From a virus, in IMG/VR virus record IMGVR_UViG_3300038393_001027, positions 47,152 through 111,151 of that record: DNA of 64,000 nucleotides. One strand, written 5' to 3'. How positions within the stretch are numbered: position 1 is the first letter of the stretch; the number at the start of each line of letters is the position of its first letter. A program made the translations under genes and the position numbers. Shown here piece by piece: positions 1-8,511 of the stretch. The notes under the pieces are model-generated. The model saw only the letters and a program-made list of their open reading frames with translations, was not told the origin of the DNA and searched no databases.

Positions 1-153
1 CCCTTGAAAGTCGCCCTCAGCCACATTCAGCCCGTCGATCAGGGATTGAAGCGGATCCGCTTCAACCTGTACAGGTTGGGCTGGGGCCAGAAACGCCATG
101 ATCCGGGCCTCAACCGCCGCATAGTTCCCCGTCAGCCACTCCAGCGTCTTCAT
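1..153 (-). CDS. hypothetical protein, runs off the window end
   Basis: ATG at 153 overlaps the stop of 150..419 and follows an AAGGAG RBS; frame stays open to position 1 (MKTLEWLTGNYAAVEARIMAFLAP...). Confidence 0.6.
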   Translation of the reverse strand, partial: MKTLEWLTGNYAAVEARIMAFLAPAQPVQVEADPLQSLIDGLNVAEGDFQG

Positions 154-419
154 CGCCCCGCCGCTCCTTCCGCATCGTCCTCGATGGTACCCAGCATCCA
201 GCCCATCAACTCGCACAACCGGAAGAGCCGCTTCAGCGCCCGGATGTTGCGCCTCGCCACGGGCAAAACCCGCTCGAAGTTCCGCCGCTTCAGTTCCAAT
301 TCCGGAGACAAGGGCTGGGGCAACGCATTCAGGTCCCGGATGCCCAAGAGCAGAGAGTTCTCCCGACTCTCTGCTCTCCTCAGCGCCCACTCCAAGGCCT
401 CCAGCAAGTCTTCGTTCAC
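150..419 (-). CDS. hypothetical protein
   Basis: 89-aa ORF tightly packed between its neighbours. Confidence 0.6.
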   Translation of the reverse strand: MNEDLLEALEWALRRAESRENSLLLGIRDLNALPQPLSPELELKRRNFERVLPVARRNIRALKRLFRLCELMGWMLGTIEDDAEGAAGR

Positions 420-421
420 GA

Positions 422-1438
422 TTACATCCCGACTCCCGTCCAGTAGTAGATCGGATTTGCGTCAGCCGGGACTTCGTGGGGCCGCTCTGACCAGCTTGCA
501 TAGACCGGAACAAGCCGCTTGAACCACTCGATGTTGATGCCTGCCGCCTCATCCACGTTGTAGGTGTCGATGTACTGGAAGATCTGGCTACCCTCGTAAC
601 CACCGTAGAAGGTACCATAGATGCTCTGCCTGCGCTGGAAGAGTTGATCCATTCGCACAGCTTCGCCCTTCATGAGCCGCAGGCCAAACTCCTTTGCCTC
701 CGGATCAATCTCCTTGTGCTGGTCAACATACGTCTGGATCCACGCTGAATTGACCAGCGTCGCATGATGCCACGGGTTACCCATGCGGGCGAAGAGCAAC
801 TCAGCCCGCTGGTAGTTCAGTACATTCAGCCCCGTCCGTGACTGGACAATCGTACGCCACACCTTAGGGCCAAAGTCGTAAATCCGAGGGTTCATGGCGT
901 AGCCTGCAATCGCCTTCTCGCCTTTCTGCCCGAAGATGGTCACCCGCTTCGGCTCCTGATGCTTGAGCAGGGCCTCGCCAAACGGCCGCAGGAGTTCCCG
1001 CCGGGCCGCCGCTTCCCCCTCTACGCCGATGGCGCTCCAGCTAAACCCGAAGGAAATCTCCCGACGCCACGCCTCGGGCGTCATCCACTGGGCAAAAGAT
1101 CGCTCGTCGATCAGCCGCATGAACGCCCGGCCCAGATCAGTCGGCACGGGCGCCGGGCAGTTGCGCTTGTCACGGTCGTAGTGACACTCGTGCTCACCTA
1201 CGTACTCGATCAGCCCCAGCCGCTTCAACTGCTTGATCTGCTTCAGGTCAAGGCTGAGTTCGTCTTCAAAGTAGTGCTTGCAGACACCACTGCCCCAGCC
1301 GTCCAACAGCCGATAGAACATGCCATACAAGGCATCCTTGGTGGTCGGCGTCAGCTTGATCATGTAGTCAGCTTCCGTCACCGGGTTCTGATACAGTAAG
1401 GGCGCCGGGGCCTTATGCGACCAGATCTGCATGGACAT
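422..1438 (-). CDS. hypothetical protein (possible winged-helix N-terminus)
   Basis: 338-aa ORF; AAAGGAG RBS preceded by a GC hairpin; LKRLGLIEY resembles a wHTH helix-wing. Confidence 0.75.
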   Translation of the reverse strand: MSMQIWSHKAPAPLLYQNPVTEADYMIKLTPTTKDALYGMFYRLLDGWGSGVCKHYFEDELSLDLKQIKQLKRLGLIEYVGEHECHYDRDKRNCPAPVPTDLGRAFMRLIDERSFAQWMTPEAWRREISFGFSWSAIGVEGEAAARRELLRPFGEALLKHQEPKRVTIFGQKGEKAIAGYAMNPRIYDFGPKVWRTIVQSRTGLNVLNYQRAELLFARMGNPWHHATLVNSAWIQTYVDQHKEIDPEAKEFGLRLMKGEAVRMDQLFQRRQSIYGTFYGGYEGSQIFQYIDTYNVDEAAGINIEWFKRLVPVYASWSERPHEVPADANPIYYWTGVGM

Positions 1439-1481
1439 GAGGAATCGCGCTCCTTTTGATTGGGGCGGGCGCCCCGTGGTG

Positions 1482-1769
1482 TTAGGCCTCGATCAACGGG
1501 ACCTTAATGATACTGACGGTTGTCACCCAATAAAACGACACGTCAACACCCTTGAAGCCATGGCGCCGAAGCACTGTTTGCACAGGATTCCGGCCACCCG
1601 CCAGCCGCTTCTGCAAGATACGCTCACTGTAGTCGCAGTTGTACAGGTCCTTCTGTAGCGCATCCGCCTTTGCCTCAGCCTGTGGTCCGGCGAAGACACC
1701 CACGATGTCTAGCCGCTCGTGGGGATCATCGCCTGCCATGACCACGTAAGCCAACGTGAACTTTGCCAT
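1482..1769 (-). CDS. hypothetical protein
   Basis: AAGGAG RBS before ATG 1769 (MAKFTLAY). Confidence 0.7.
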   Translation of the reverse strand: MAKFTLAYVVMAGDDPHERLDIVGVFAGPQAEAKADALQKDLYNCDYSERILQKRLAGGRNPVQTVLRRHGFKGVDVSFYWVTTVSIIKVPLIEA

Positions 1770-1820
1770 GATCTTCACTCCTTGGGGGCCGGGTGGTCCG
1801 GCCCCCCCTCGCCGCTTGGT

Positions 1821-2507
1821 TTAGAAGCTGAAGTCGTAGTACTCACTCCGGGCGCCCAGCCCGATGGAGTAGTTGCGATCCTTGATCGTACCCTTGATCC
1901 AGTAGATCCGCCCGTTACGCTCGACCCGCCGGGCGTCGTAGGTCTGGCCCTCCGGGTCCCGCTCGAAGCGGTAATCCTGCGATTCGCTCATGCCGTTCGT
2001 GTCAATGCGCTCGGCTCGGTCCTGCTGGACCTCGACGCCCTTGACCCGGCCGTCCTTGGTGAACAGGACCTTGCTGACCGTGGCCGCATGGCGGTCGCTG
2101 AACATGATGACCGTCGCCGGGGCGCCCACCACCGGGCCGATGACGTCGTAGATCATGGAGAGGATGCCGCCCTCACCGTGCGGGTAGTCCGTCCGGTTGT
2201 CATAGGGGACCACGTTCCCTGCCGGGTCTACGATCTGGTAGTGCCGCTCGATGCGCTCCTCCGGGGCCTTGCCGGGCGGGCGCACCGTGAAGGTATGCGT
2301 GTCGGTCAGGTAGAGCTTGTAGCCAGCCGCATGGAGCTTTGCCATGGTCTCGGCCAGCACCTCCGGCACCATCTCGGTGGAGTCGGTCGGATGCGGGCCG
2401 TTCGGTAGCTCAGTCCACGTGGAGCGGTCACGACGGTTCGGTAGGTTGGCGATGACGGTCTGCAGGCGGGAGCTAGTCTGCTGGGTGCTCATACGTTCGG
2501 TGGTCAT
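1821..2507 (-). CDS. hypothetical phage protein
   Basis: Start moved to ATG 2507 after AAGGGGG RBS; downstream of promoter motif copy 1; C-terminal GARSEYYDFSF. Confidence 0.8.
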   Translation of the reverse strand: MTTERMSTQQTSSRLQTVIANLPNRRDRSTWTELPNGPHPTDSTEMVPEVLAETMAKLHAAGYKLYLTDTHTFTVRPPGKAPEERIERHYQIVDPAGNVVPYDNRTDYPHGEGGILSMIYDVIGPVVGAPATVIMFSDRHAATVSKVLFTKDGRVKGVEVQQDRAERIDTNGMSESQDYRFERDPEGQTYDARRVERNGRIYWIKGTIKDRNYSIGLGARSEYYDFSF

Positions 2508-2563
2508 GTGGTTATCCCCCTTGTTGTTGATGGGGGGCGGGGTTGCGCCCCCCTCATTACTCT

Positions 2564-2591
2564 CGTACACCGGGCCTCTGGCGCTGTGACA
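2564..2591 (-). promoter_or_regulatory. promoter-like motif TGTCACA-N16-GTAC, copy 1
   Basis: Minus strand TGTCACAgcgccagaggcccggtGTACG; one of six copies with identical spacing. Confidence 0.8.
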
Positions 2592-2596
2592 GTCCT

Positions 2597-2619
2597 AGTG
2601 TAGCCGGGTCCTTGGACAA
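2597..2619 (-). promoter_or_regulatory. second promoter-like motif TTGTCC-N11-TACACT (variant spacing)
   Basis: Resembles four TTGTCC-N9 copies elsewhere; lies directly upstream of motif copy 1. Confidence 0.4.
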
Positions 2620-2656
2620 ATATGCACAATCAGAAGCCCACAAAGCCGGGGCAGGA

Positions 2657-3055
2657 CTAGAATGGATGCTCCGGCAGGGCGCCCTCAAGACCCAGCGTCT
2701 CGATGACCCGCTCAACAGAACCTACCCGGTCACCCTCTTCCAGACCCTCGAAGATGGCGTCACGCACTGCCTCAGCCTTGGACTTGGCCGCTAGGCAGGC
2801 GTCGTCGCTCTTTTTGCCAACACCGACGAAGAAGCACAGGACTTCGGTTTCCGGTCCGAAGTTGTCGCTGTACCCACCGCTGACCGTAGAGACAGCCAAC
2901 ACTTGGTACCCCACGATGATCTTGCCGTCCGGAGCATTCTTCAGCCCCACAGACCGCGCCTGTGCATCCGTCAACCCGTGCCACAGGGGCAGGACCTCGA
3001 TCTTGAAGCACTGATCCGTATTAACCGGGGTCCCGTCTAGCGCTCTAATCCACAT
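2657..3055 (-). CDS. hypothetical protein
   Basis: GAGGAGG RBS before ATG 3055 (MWIRALDG). Confidence 0.75.
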   Translation of the reverse strand: MWIRALDGTPVNTDQCFKIEVLPLWHGLTDAQARSVGLKNAPDGKIIVGYQVLAVSTVSGGYSDNFGPETEVLCFFVGVGKKSDDACLAAKSKAEAVRDAIFEGLEEGDRVGSVERVIETLGLEGALPEHPF

Positions 3056-3401
3056 CTTCCACAGCCTCCTCGTGGGTGACGCCAGCCGCCCGCTGGATCT
3101 GTTCAATGAAGTCCTGCCGGAACCGCCCGTCCTCGTCATAGTTGGCCGGGTCGGCGCCGGGTACGTGCCAGCCGAACATGGACCCTGCACTCATCGCCTC
3201 AGCCTGCCCCTTGGTGATGCCCATCTCCGCGTTCAACTCGTCGGCCGGGAGCTTGCGCATGTGCTCATCCTTGAGCGGGTAGAAGCCCATCTCACCCCGG
3301 CGGATGCCGATCGTCTCCCCGGTCGTCCGGTTGGTACCGTAACAGGCCGCCGGAAGTCCTCCGAACGTCGGATGCACCTTGTACAGATCCTGCTCAGACA
3401 T
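3045..3401 (-). CDS. conserved mobile-element protein (AQAEAMxxGSMFGWxVPGADP motif)
   Basis: AAAGGAG RBS; motif recalled from Bacillota ICE/phage proteins often linked to YodL domains. Confidence 0.75.
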   Translation of the reverse strand: MSEQDLYKVHPTFGGLPAACYGTNRTTGETIGIRRGEMGFYPLKDEHMRKLPADELNAEMGITKGQAEAMSAGSMFGWHVPGADPANYDEDGRFRQDFIEQIQRAAGVTHEEAVEDVD

Positions 3402-3442
3402 GTGTACTCGCTCTCCTTTCAGATGTGGGCCGGGGCCGGGGG

Positions 3443-4066
3443 TTACCCGGCCTGCTTCTTGTTCTTGGTACCTTCAGCCTTGCCTGCCGACTTGCCACGG
3501 GCGCCGCTGGCGCCCTTCTTGGCGTCATGTGACACCTTAGGCGTCTTCGACGTCTTGGGCGCCGCCTTGGTCTTGCTGGGGGCCTTGGGCGGGGTCTCAG
3601 GGGCGGCGCGTTCAGCAAGCTCCGCAAGCTGGCGCCGATCCGCCCGTGCCGCCCGGCCCGCCGCTCGTTTGGCCTGCGTATCGGCCTGCACCTTATCCCA
3701 CCCGGTCAACTCCCGTTTGGCCGGGGTCTGCGCCTCAAACACGATGGGGGTCTCAGCCTTGGCCTTAGCTGGCTTGGCCGGGCGCTCAGGCTTGGTGGGC
3801 GCCTTGTACTCGACACCCTTGAGCTTCCCAAGGATGCCCTCGAACAGATCAGCCTCCAGAAGCTGGGGCTTCTCAAAGCCCGGCTTCCCGTCAGCACCGA
3901 TGGAGCGCTGGGCAATCTTCACGAAGTGCTTCGTGATGCCGTGCGCAACCATCGTCGATTCAACGACTCGAACCTCCGTCTGGGTCTCCGTGTTCTGCCG
4001 GATGAAGCTCGCCAGCGTACGGCCCTCGATGAATTCGTAGTCCGTCTTCTGCTTATCGTCTGCCAT
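3443..4066 (-). CDS. putative DNA-binding protein (PC4-like N-terminus, Lys/Ala-rich tail)
   Basis: Start ATG 4066 after GAAGGG; beta-rich N-terminus, very basic PAK/KA-rich C-terminus. Confidence 0.65.
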   Translation of the reverse strand: MADDKQKTDYEFIEGRTLASFIRQNTETQTEVRVVESTMVAHGITKHFVKIAQRSIGADGKPGFEKPQLLEADLFEGILGKLKGVEYKAPTKPERPAKPAKAKAETPIVFEAQTPAKRELTGWDKVQADTQAKRAAGRAARADRRQLAELAERAAPETPPKAPSKTKAAPKTSKTPKVSHDAKKGASGARGKSAGKAEGTKNKKQAG

Positions 4067-4125
4067 GTGTGATGCAACCCCTTCGGTTTGATTGGGGGCG
4101 ATAGTCGCCGCCCCCTCATTATTTC

Positions 4126-4153
4126 CGTACACCGGGCCTCTAGGCCTGTGACA
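4126..4153 (-). promoter_or_regulatory. promoter-like motif TGTCACA-N16-GTAC, copy 2
   Basis: Minus strand TGTCACAggcctagaggcccggtGTACG. Confidence 0.8.
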
Positions 4154-4355
4154 CAGCCTTTATCAGCAGGCTTGCGGCATAGCCGTGCCAGCGCTCGTCA
4201 TCAAGTTGGGTCTCCGTGAAGACCACCATCGTACGGCCACGCCGGACAATCCGGCGCACCTTGCCCGGCCGGGATGTTCCGGCCGGGCGCCGCAAGGCTA
4301 CCATGTCACCGATGACCACCCGGCCATCCCAGATCGTGGCGCTTTTGCAGTCCAT
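4140..4355 (-). CDS. hypothetical small protein
   Basis: 71-aa ORF coupled to the upstream gene. Confidence 0.55.
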   Translation of the reverse strand: MDCKSATIWDGRVVIGDMVALRRPAGTSRPGKVRRIVRRGRTMVVFTETQLDDERWHGYAASLLIKAVSQA

Positions 4356-4356
4356 G

Positions 4357-4824
4357 CTAGGCGCCCTGCTTCCAGTAACGGTTCTCGATGGGGCCGTGGT
4401 TCATGACCGTATCACAGTCGTACATGGCCCAGCGTCCGGTTGACACCGACTCAAAGCTGAATGGAGCCACAATCTCAATCTTCTCGATGACCTTACCGCT
4501 GACATCCATGTCTACGATCAGATCACCTACCGATAAGCTGTTCATGTTGTAGCAATCATACCCTGCCTGCCGAGCCTCCTCATCCAGATGCTCCAACACA
4601 CCAACCGGATCCTCTTCAACCCGGTTGAACTCACGGAAGATGTGCTGATCACGCTGAAGCGGAGTTAGCTCACCTTCCCAGACCATGCGGTAGAGGGGCG
4701 CTGTCTTCTCGGTGAAGCATCCCTTCCGTGCGTCAAAGTAGGCCTTCAGCGTCTCCGAGTCAATTGGCTGACCTGCCCCATCGAAAACCTTATTCATGTC
4801 GATCTGGTAGATGCGAACCATCAT
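4357..4824 (-). CDS. YodL-like domain protein
   Basis: RIYQI...YRMVWEGEL...IFREFN...SLSVGDLIV matches the YodL pattern; AAAGGTGG RBS. Confidence 0.7.
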   Translation of the reverse strand: MMVRIYQIDMNKVFDGAGQPIDSETLKAYFDARKGCFTEKTAPLYRMVWEGELTPLQRDQHIFREFNRVEEDPVGVLEHLDEEARQAGYDCYNMNSLSVGDLIVDMDVSGKVIEKIEIVAPFSFESVSTGRWAMYDCDTVMNHGPIENRYWKQGA

Positions 4825-4881
4825 GCTGATGACCACCTTTCGTTTGATGGGGGCGGGGTGGCCGCCCCCGTTGTGCCTTAG

Positions 4882-5559
4882 CTACGCTGAGACAACTACC
4901 ACGGCGTGCTCCAGCGTCGGGATCTCCTGCCGACGGTTCCGGTCGTAGCCTTGCGATGCCCACAGCAGGTAGAACCGATCGTAGATCTTCTCGACCATGG
5001 CCGTTTGCACCCCAGCCTTGTAGACGTACCACTGGTTCTCGTTCTCCTGCAGGATCTCGATGGCCTCCGGGTCGGTCACCTTGAAGGGGACGTGATCGAA
5101 CAGGGAAACACGCTTCAACTTACCGCCTACGCAGATGTAGGCCTCATGATCCGACTTCAGCGTTCCATTCGGGAAGTAGCACTTCGTCCACGCGATGGCG
5201 TGTGCCACCTGCTGAGGCTTACCCGTCAGTCCATGGAGGTGGGTACCCATATCCCGAACCACCCAGACGAAACCGTTTGTCAGATAGTCAGGGTGCTTCG
5301 CCAGCGCCTCTAAGTCATGCAAGAAGTCCTCGTGGTAGGCGTTGATCTTCTTCGATGCGATCTCGGCCATCTGCTGGACCACCGGGTTGGCGCCCAGCTT
5401 GCGCCACAGACGCTGGATGCTCTTCAGCCGGGCCTCGTACGTGCGAAGCTCTTCCATACGGAACTCGGTAGAGCCGTGCTCCTCGATGCAGGCCTTCATG
5501 CTCTGAATGCCGTCTTTGCACTTGGTCTCGATCACGGTCACAATGGCAGGCTTCGTCAT
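4882..5559 (-). CDS. hypothetical protein
   Basis: ATG 5559 after AAGGGGG RBS, downstream of motif copy 3. Confidence 0.8.
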   Translation of the reverse strand: MTKPAIVTVIETKCKDGIQSMKACIEEHGSTEFRMEELRTYEARLKSIQRLWRKLGANPVVQQMAEIASKKINAYHEDFLHDLEALAKHPDYLTNGFVWVVRDMGTHLHGLTGKPQQVAHAIAWTKCYFPNGTLKSDHEAYICVGGKLKRVSLFDHVPFKVTDPEAIEILQENENQWYVYKAGVQTAMVEKIYDRFYLLWASQGYDRNRRQEIPTLEHAVVVVSA

Positions 5560-5612
5560 GGTGGGGTCCCCCTTGGTTTTGTTGGGGGCGCAGGGCGCCC
5601 CCTCATTTCTCT

Positions 5613-5640
5613 CGTACACCGGGCTACTGAAGCTGTGACA
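5613..5640 (-). promoter_or_regulatory. promoter-like motif TGTCACA-N16-GTAC, copy 3
   Basis: Minus strand TGTCACAgcttcagtagcccggtGTACG. Confidence 0.8.
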
Positions 5641-5953
5641 CCTTGGTATAGATGGCGTTCAGCCGCCGCAGGTACTCATCCGCCCGGCCACGGAGCCAGT
5701 CGATGCGGCCAGCCTCGTCCTCGGAGAAGACCGGGCCGTAGCTGTTAAGACCGTCGATGAAGTTCAGTACGCCAATCGCCCGCGCCAGCCAGCGGCTGGC
5801 ATTCTTGTAGTACTCCGCTAGACGGCGCCCAGCCGCCGGGTTGGAGAATGCGTACTCAGCAACGTTTTCAGCCGCCTTTAAAATCTCTAAGGTCTTGTCG
5901 ATGTCCTGCGTCAGCGCCGCGATGCCTGCCTGCTGGGCCTTGATGTCAAGCAT
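5624..5953 (-). CDS. hypothetical helical protein
   Basis: GAAGGAG RBS before ATG 5953 (MLDIKAQQ). Confidence 0.7.
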   Translation of the reverse strand: MLDIKAQQAGIAALTQDIDKTLEILKAAENVAEYAFSNPAAGRRLAEYYKNASRWLARAIGVLNFIDGLNSYGPVFSEDEAGRIDWLRGRADEYLRRLNAIYTKVSQLQ

Positions 5954-5975
5954 GCCGATCCGCTCCTTCGCTATC

Positions 5976-5996
5976 ATTATGGACGATCTTGGACAA
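5976..5996 (-). promoter_or_regulatory. second promoter-like motif TTGTCC-N9-CATAAT
   Basis: Intergenic; same spacing as copies at 9715, 11043 and 13048. Confidence 0.5.
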
Positions 5997-6026
5997 CTAC
6001 ACACATGGGAAAGGCAGGGAGCGCTT

Positions 6027-6224
6027 CTAACCGAAGCGCTCCGTCGTCTTGAAACGGGCCTCAGCTTCAAGATAGGCCTCGTCAGGGTCTCTGGGATGGG
6101 CCAGAACCGTTAGCTCCGTGCCATCCTTGAACCAGAAGGTCATGCTGTCGTCCCAAAGCTCAACGCGGTCGATCAACTTACCTTCGAAGACCTCAGTTAG
6201 GCGCTTGGATGCCTGCTCCTTCAT
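6027..6224 (-). CDS. hypothetical small protein
   Basis: ATG overlaps the upstream stop (ATGA). Confidence 0.6.
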   Translation of the reverse strand: MKEQASKRLTEVFEGKLIDRVELWDDSMTFWFKDGTELTVLAHPRDPDEAYLEAEARFKTTERFG

Positions 6225-6622
6225 TCCAAACCCCACCTTTTCCGCAGTTCAGTGTGCAGGGCCTTGTAGATGGTCCGGGTCTTCAACCACTCCACCGGGT
6301 CAGCGTTCATTAACGCCTCCATCTCACGTTCGAAAGCGTCCTGCGCTCCATCACCGTGGGGCCGCGTACCAAAGACGTAGTAACGCAGGATGAACGCATC
6401 TAGGTAGCGCTTTGCGTTCCGCTCCAACATACACACGGTGTTGTGCAAGTGGTTGGTATCCATCTGCGACGGAACCAGCTTGCGTCCGTCACGGGTTACC
6501 CAGATCGTGGAGTCCAACCACGTCAGGTCATCGTCAGACACCACCTGCTTAGGCGCCACCCGCTTGGATGGCGCCTTCGGCGCAGGCTTCAGCCAGCCGA
6601 ACAGCTTCTGCCACAGGTTCAT
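6221..6622 (-). CDS. hypothetical phage protein
   Basis: 133 aa; WVTRDG...MDTNHLHN motif seen in phage proteins. Confidence 0.75.
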   Translation of the reverse strand: MNLWQKLFGWLKPAPKAPSKRVAPKQVVSDDDLTWLDSTIWVTRDGRKLVPSQMDTNHLHNTVCMLERNAKRYLDAFILRYYVFGTRPHGDGAQDAFEREMEALMNADPVEWLKTRTIYKALHTELRKRWGLE

Positions 6623-6624
6623 TC

Positions 6625-6882
6625 CTACTTACCCCCCACGTAGATGCTGTAGACCTCGACCGGGGCCATGGCCCGCTCGTTCCCCTCCGGGTAAACGTTC
6701 AGGTGGTAGCCTGTGCCTGCCCCGCTCAGGGCATCCATCGAAGTAGAGACCCCGCACGGCTCGTTTGTAGGATCCCCGGTGCCGTGGTAGTGTCGGACGC
6801 CGTACTCAGCACAGATGTCTTGTACGATCTCCCAAGCCTTGGACCACGTGGCCGCCTTGTGCACCTTGCGTTCCTTCAGCAT
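6625..6882 (-). CDS. hypothetical protein
   Basis: ATG 6882 after AAGGGTGGAG RBS, downstream of motif copy 4. Confidence 0.7.
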   Translation of the reverse strand: MLKERKVHKAATWSKAWEIVQDICAEYGVRHYHGTGDPTNEPCGVSTSMDALSGAGTGYHLNVYPEGNERAMAPVEVYSIYVGGK

Positions 6883-6933
6883 GATCACTCCACCCTTCGT
6901 TTGATTGGGGGCCGGGCGCCCCCTCATTATTCT

Positions 6934-6961
6934 CGTACACCTGCCCACAAAGGCTGTGACA
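6934..6961 (-). promoter_or_regulatory. promoter-like motif TGTCACA-N16-GTAC, copy 4
   Basis: Minus strand TGTCACAgcctttgtgggcaggtGTACG. Confidence 0.8.
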
Positions 6962-6964
6962 GGT

Positions 6965-7335
6965 TATTATTTTAGAAAATTCTGGCACACTTCCCCATAT
7001 ATCTATATATAGATATAGATATAGATAGATATAGATAGATATTTAAATAAATCATCATTCATATCATTATCATCATCTAGATCAATCTCAAGCCTTTTGG
7101 TTTCCGGCCGGGGCCGCTGGGGCAACTACCCTTTTTGTGGGTCGCAACTCGTTATCCTTTGAAAGGCTATCAACTCGGTGACTCTGAAAGTAACACACTT
7201 CACCGCCGCTGAGCCGCGAAAAAATAAAAAGAAAAACACCCGGCGATTTTTATTTTTACTTTTGGGGGAGGGGGGGCCTCTTTTGAAAATGTAATGCGTG
7301 AAAGGCTACCAGTTGATAGCCTTTCACGCATTTGA
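6965..7335. repeat. non-coding element A (AT/ATAG microsatellite plus inverted repeats); inverted homologue of 51745-52130; candidate origin or structured element
   Basis: Colinear blocks shared with the reverse complement of element B; 16-bp inverted repeat 7160-7175/7311-7326; hairpin 7293-7332. Confidence 0.8.
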
Positions 7336-7350
7336 CGTTGCCGTCGGGTT

Positions 7351-7947
7351 TCAGGTGGTCTCGATCTCGTCAATGATGATCAGTTCAGCGTCAAGTCCAG
7401 TACCCAAATACTCGGGGTGCCCGTTTGTCGTCCGGTAGTATAGGTAGCTGGTTGGCTGTGTCTGCGCTTTGGGCTTCCGGTTCCGGGATCGGAACTTGGG
7501 GCGTCTGCATCGCTCGCCAAGGCGCTGTATGAGGGATTTAGCGCCCCCGATCCCTGCGGGCCGCTCACCCTTCGTCCGGATCAGTGCGTAGTCGCCCCAG
7601 CTTCCCAGCCGCAGGAACCGCTCGGACTGGATGAACAGGTTCGCTTCACGGCGGCTGGGCGCCCATGCGATGCTCTGCCCGATCACTCGGTCGAAGATGC
7701 GCCAGCCGGGTCTGGTTACGTCCTTCAAGAGCTTGCGGTACTGTTCATTCATCCGGGACACCTCCCGCGGGTTCCGGAAATACCGGGTCGGGATGCCTGA
7801 CGCCTCACACAACTGCATCAGCAGACGCTTCTCGTATTCTGCCATGTTCACTTCGAACGTACCACGCAACGGCATGATCTGTACACCGTTGCGGCCGATC
7901 GTCTTGCCCTGTGCATGGGCCTTCAGCGCTTCTTCAAAGCTTGCCAT
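7351..7947 (-). CDS. hypothetical mosaic protein
   Basis: GGAGG RBS; DUF2829-like start (SFEEALKAHAQGKTIGR); C-terminus resembles a terminase Walker B. Confidence 0.7.
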   Translation of the reverse strand: MASFEEALKAHAQGKTIGRNGVQIMPLRGTFEVNMAEYEKRLLMQLCEASGIPTRYFRNPREVSRMNEQYRKLLKDVTRPGWRIFDRVIGQSIAWAPSRREANLFIQSERFLRLGSWGDYALIRTKGERPAGIGGAKSLIQRLGERCRRPKFRSRNRKPKAQTQPTSYLYYRTTNGHPEYLGTGLDAELIIIDEIETT

Positions 7948-8511
7948 CTAACGGGCCTCCTTTAGGTAGTACGTGTCGCCCCGCTCCAGTGCCGCTTTGA
8001 CCGCCGCTTCTAGTAAGTCGGTTGTTCCAGCCTCACCACTCGCCCGGTCAAGGTATTTGAGCGCGGCGGCTTCGTCTAGGCGCACAAGTGGTTGAACTTT
8101 GCGGTAGCTGTTCAGCATCAGGATCTCGCCTGAAGGCTCATAGGTGAAGTAGACCTTGTTGGGGTCCAGCTTCATCAGGCTCACGTAGCTCCGAAAGACG
8201 TGACGGCCAACGTTGCTTAGGATGGTGTAGAACCACGGCCGGGCGCCCGGCGGGGCCGTCTGGGGCGGAATTCGGCGCCCCAGACGAAGGTGCCCCGTCA
8301 GTGGCCGCTCCGGGGGAAACCACTCATAGCCGTCTTCGTCAGGCATGAAAACCTGAACCATGGTAATGTCGTGGTTGGTGTGGAACTTCGCCTGCGCGTG
8401 CGCATACAGCCAATCGAAGTTCTCAGCAGTGTTAGGCGTTGGGACCGGGAGGCGCGTTTCCCATGGACGCCCCCGGTCGCCAAACCACTTGAAAGTTGCC
8501 TGATGGCTCAC
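7948..8511 (-). CDS. hypothetical protein
   Basis: GTG 8511 overlaps the upstream stop; AAGGAGG RBS. Confidence 0.7.
   Translation of the reverse strand: MSHQATFKWFGDRGRPWETRLPVPTPNTAENFDWLYAHAQAKFHTNHDITMVQVFMPDEDGYEWFPPERPLTGHLRLGRRIPPQTAPPGARPWFYTILSNVGRHVFRSYVSLMKLDPNKVYFTYEPSGEILMLNSYRKVQPLVRLDEAAALKYLDRASGEAGTTDLLEAAVKAALERGDTYYLKEAR

Noticed and set aside
2507-5619. Shared N-terminal peptide MY(E/G)xNEG on ORFs starting at 2570, 4132 and 5619
   Set aside because: It is the translated promoter repeat: the GTG lies in the -10-like box, and SD-preceded ATGs lie 60-66 nt downstream.
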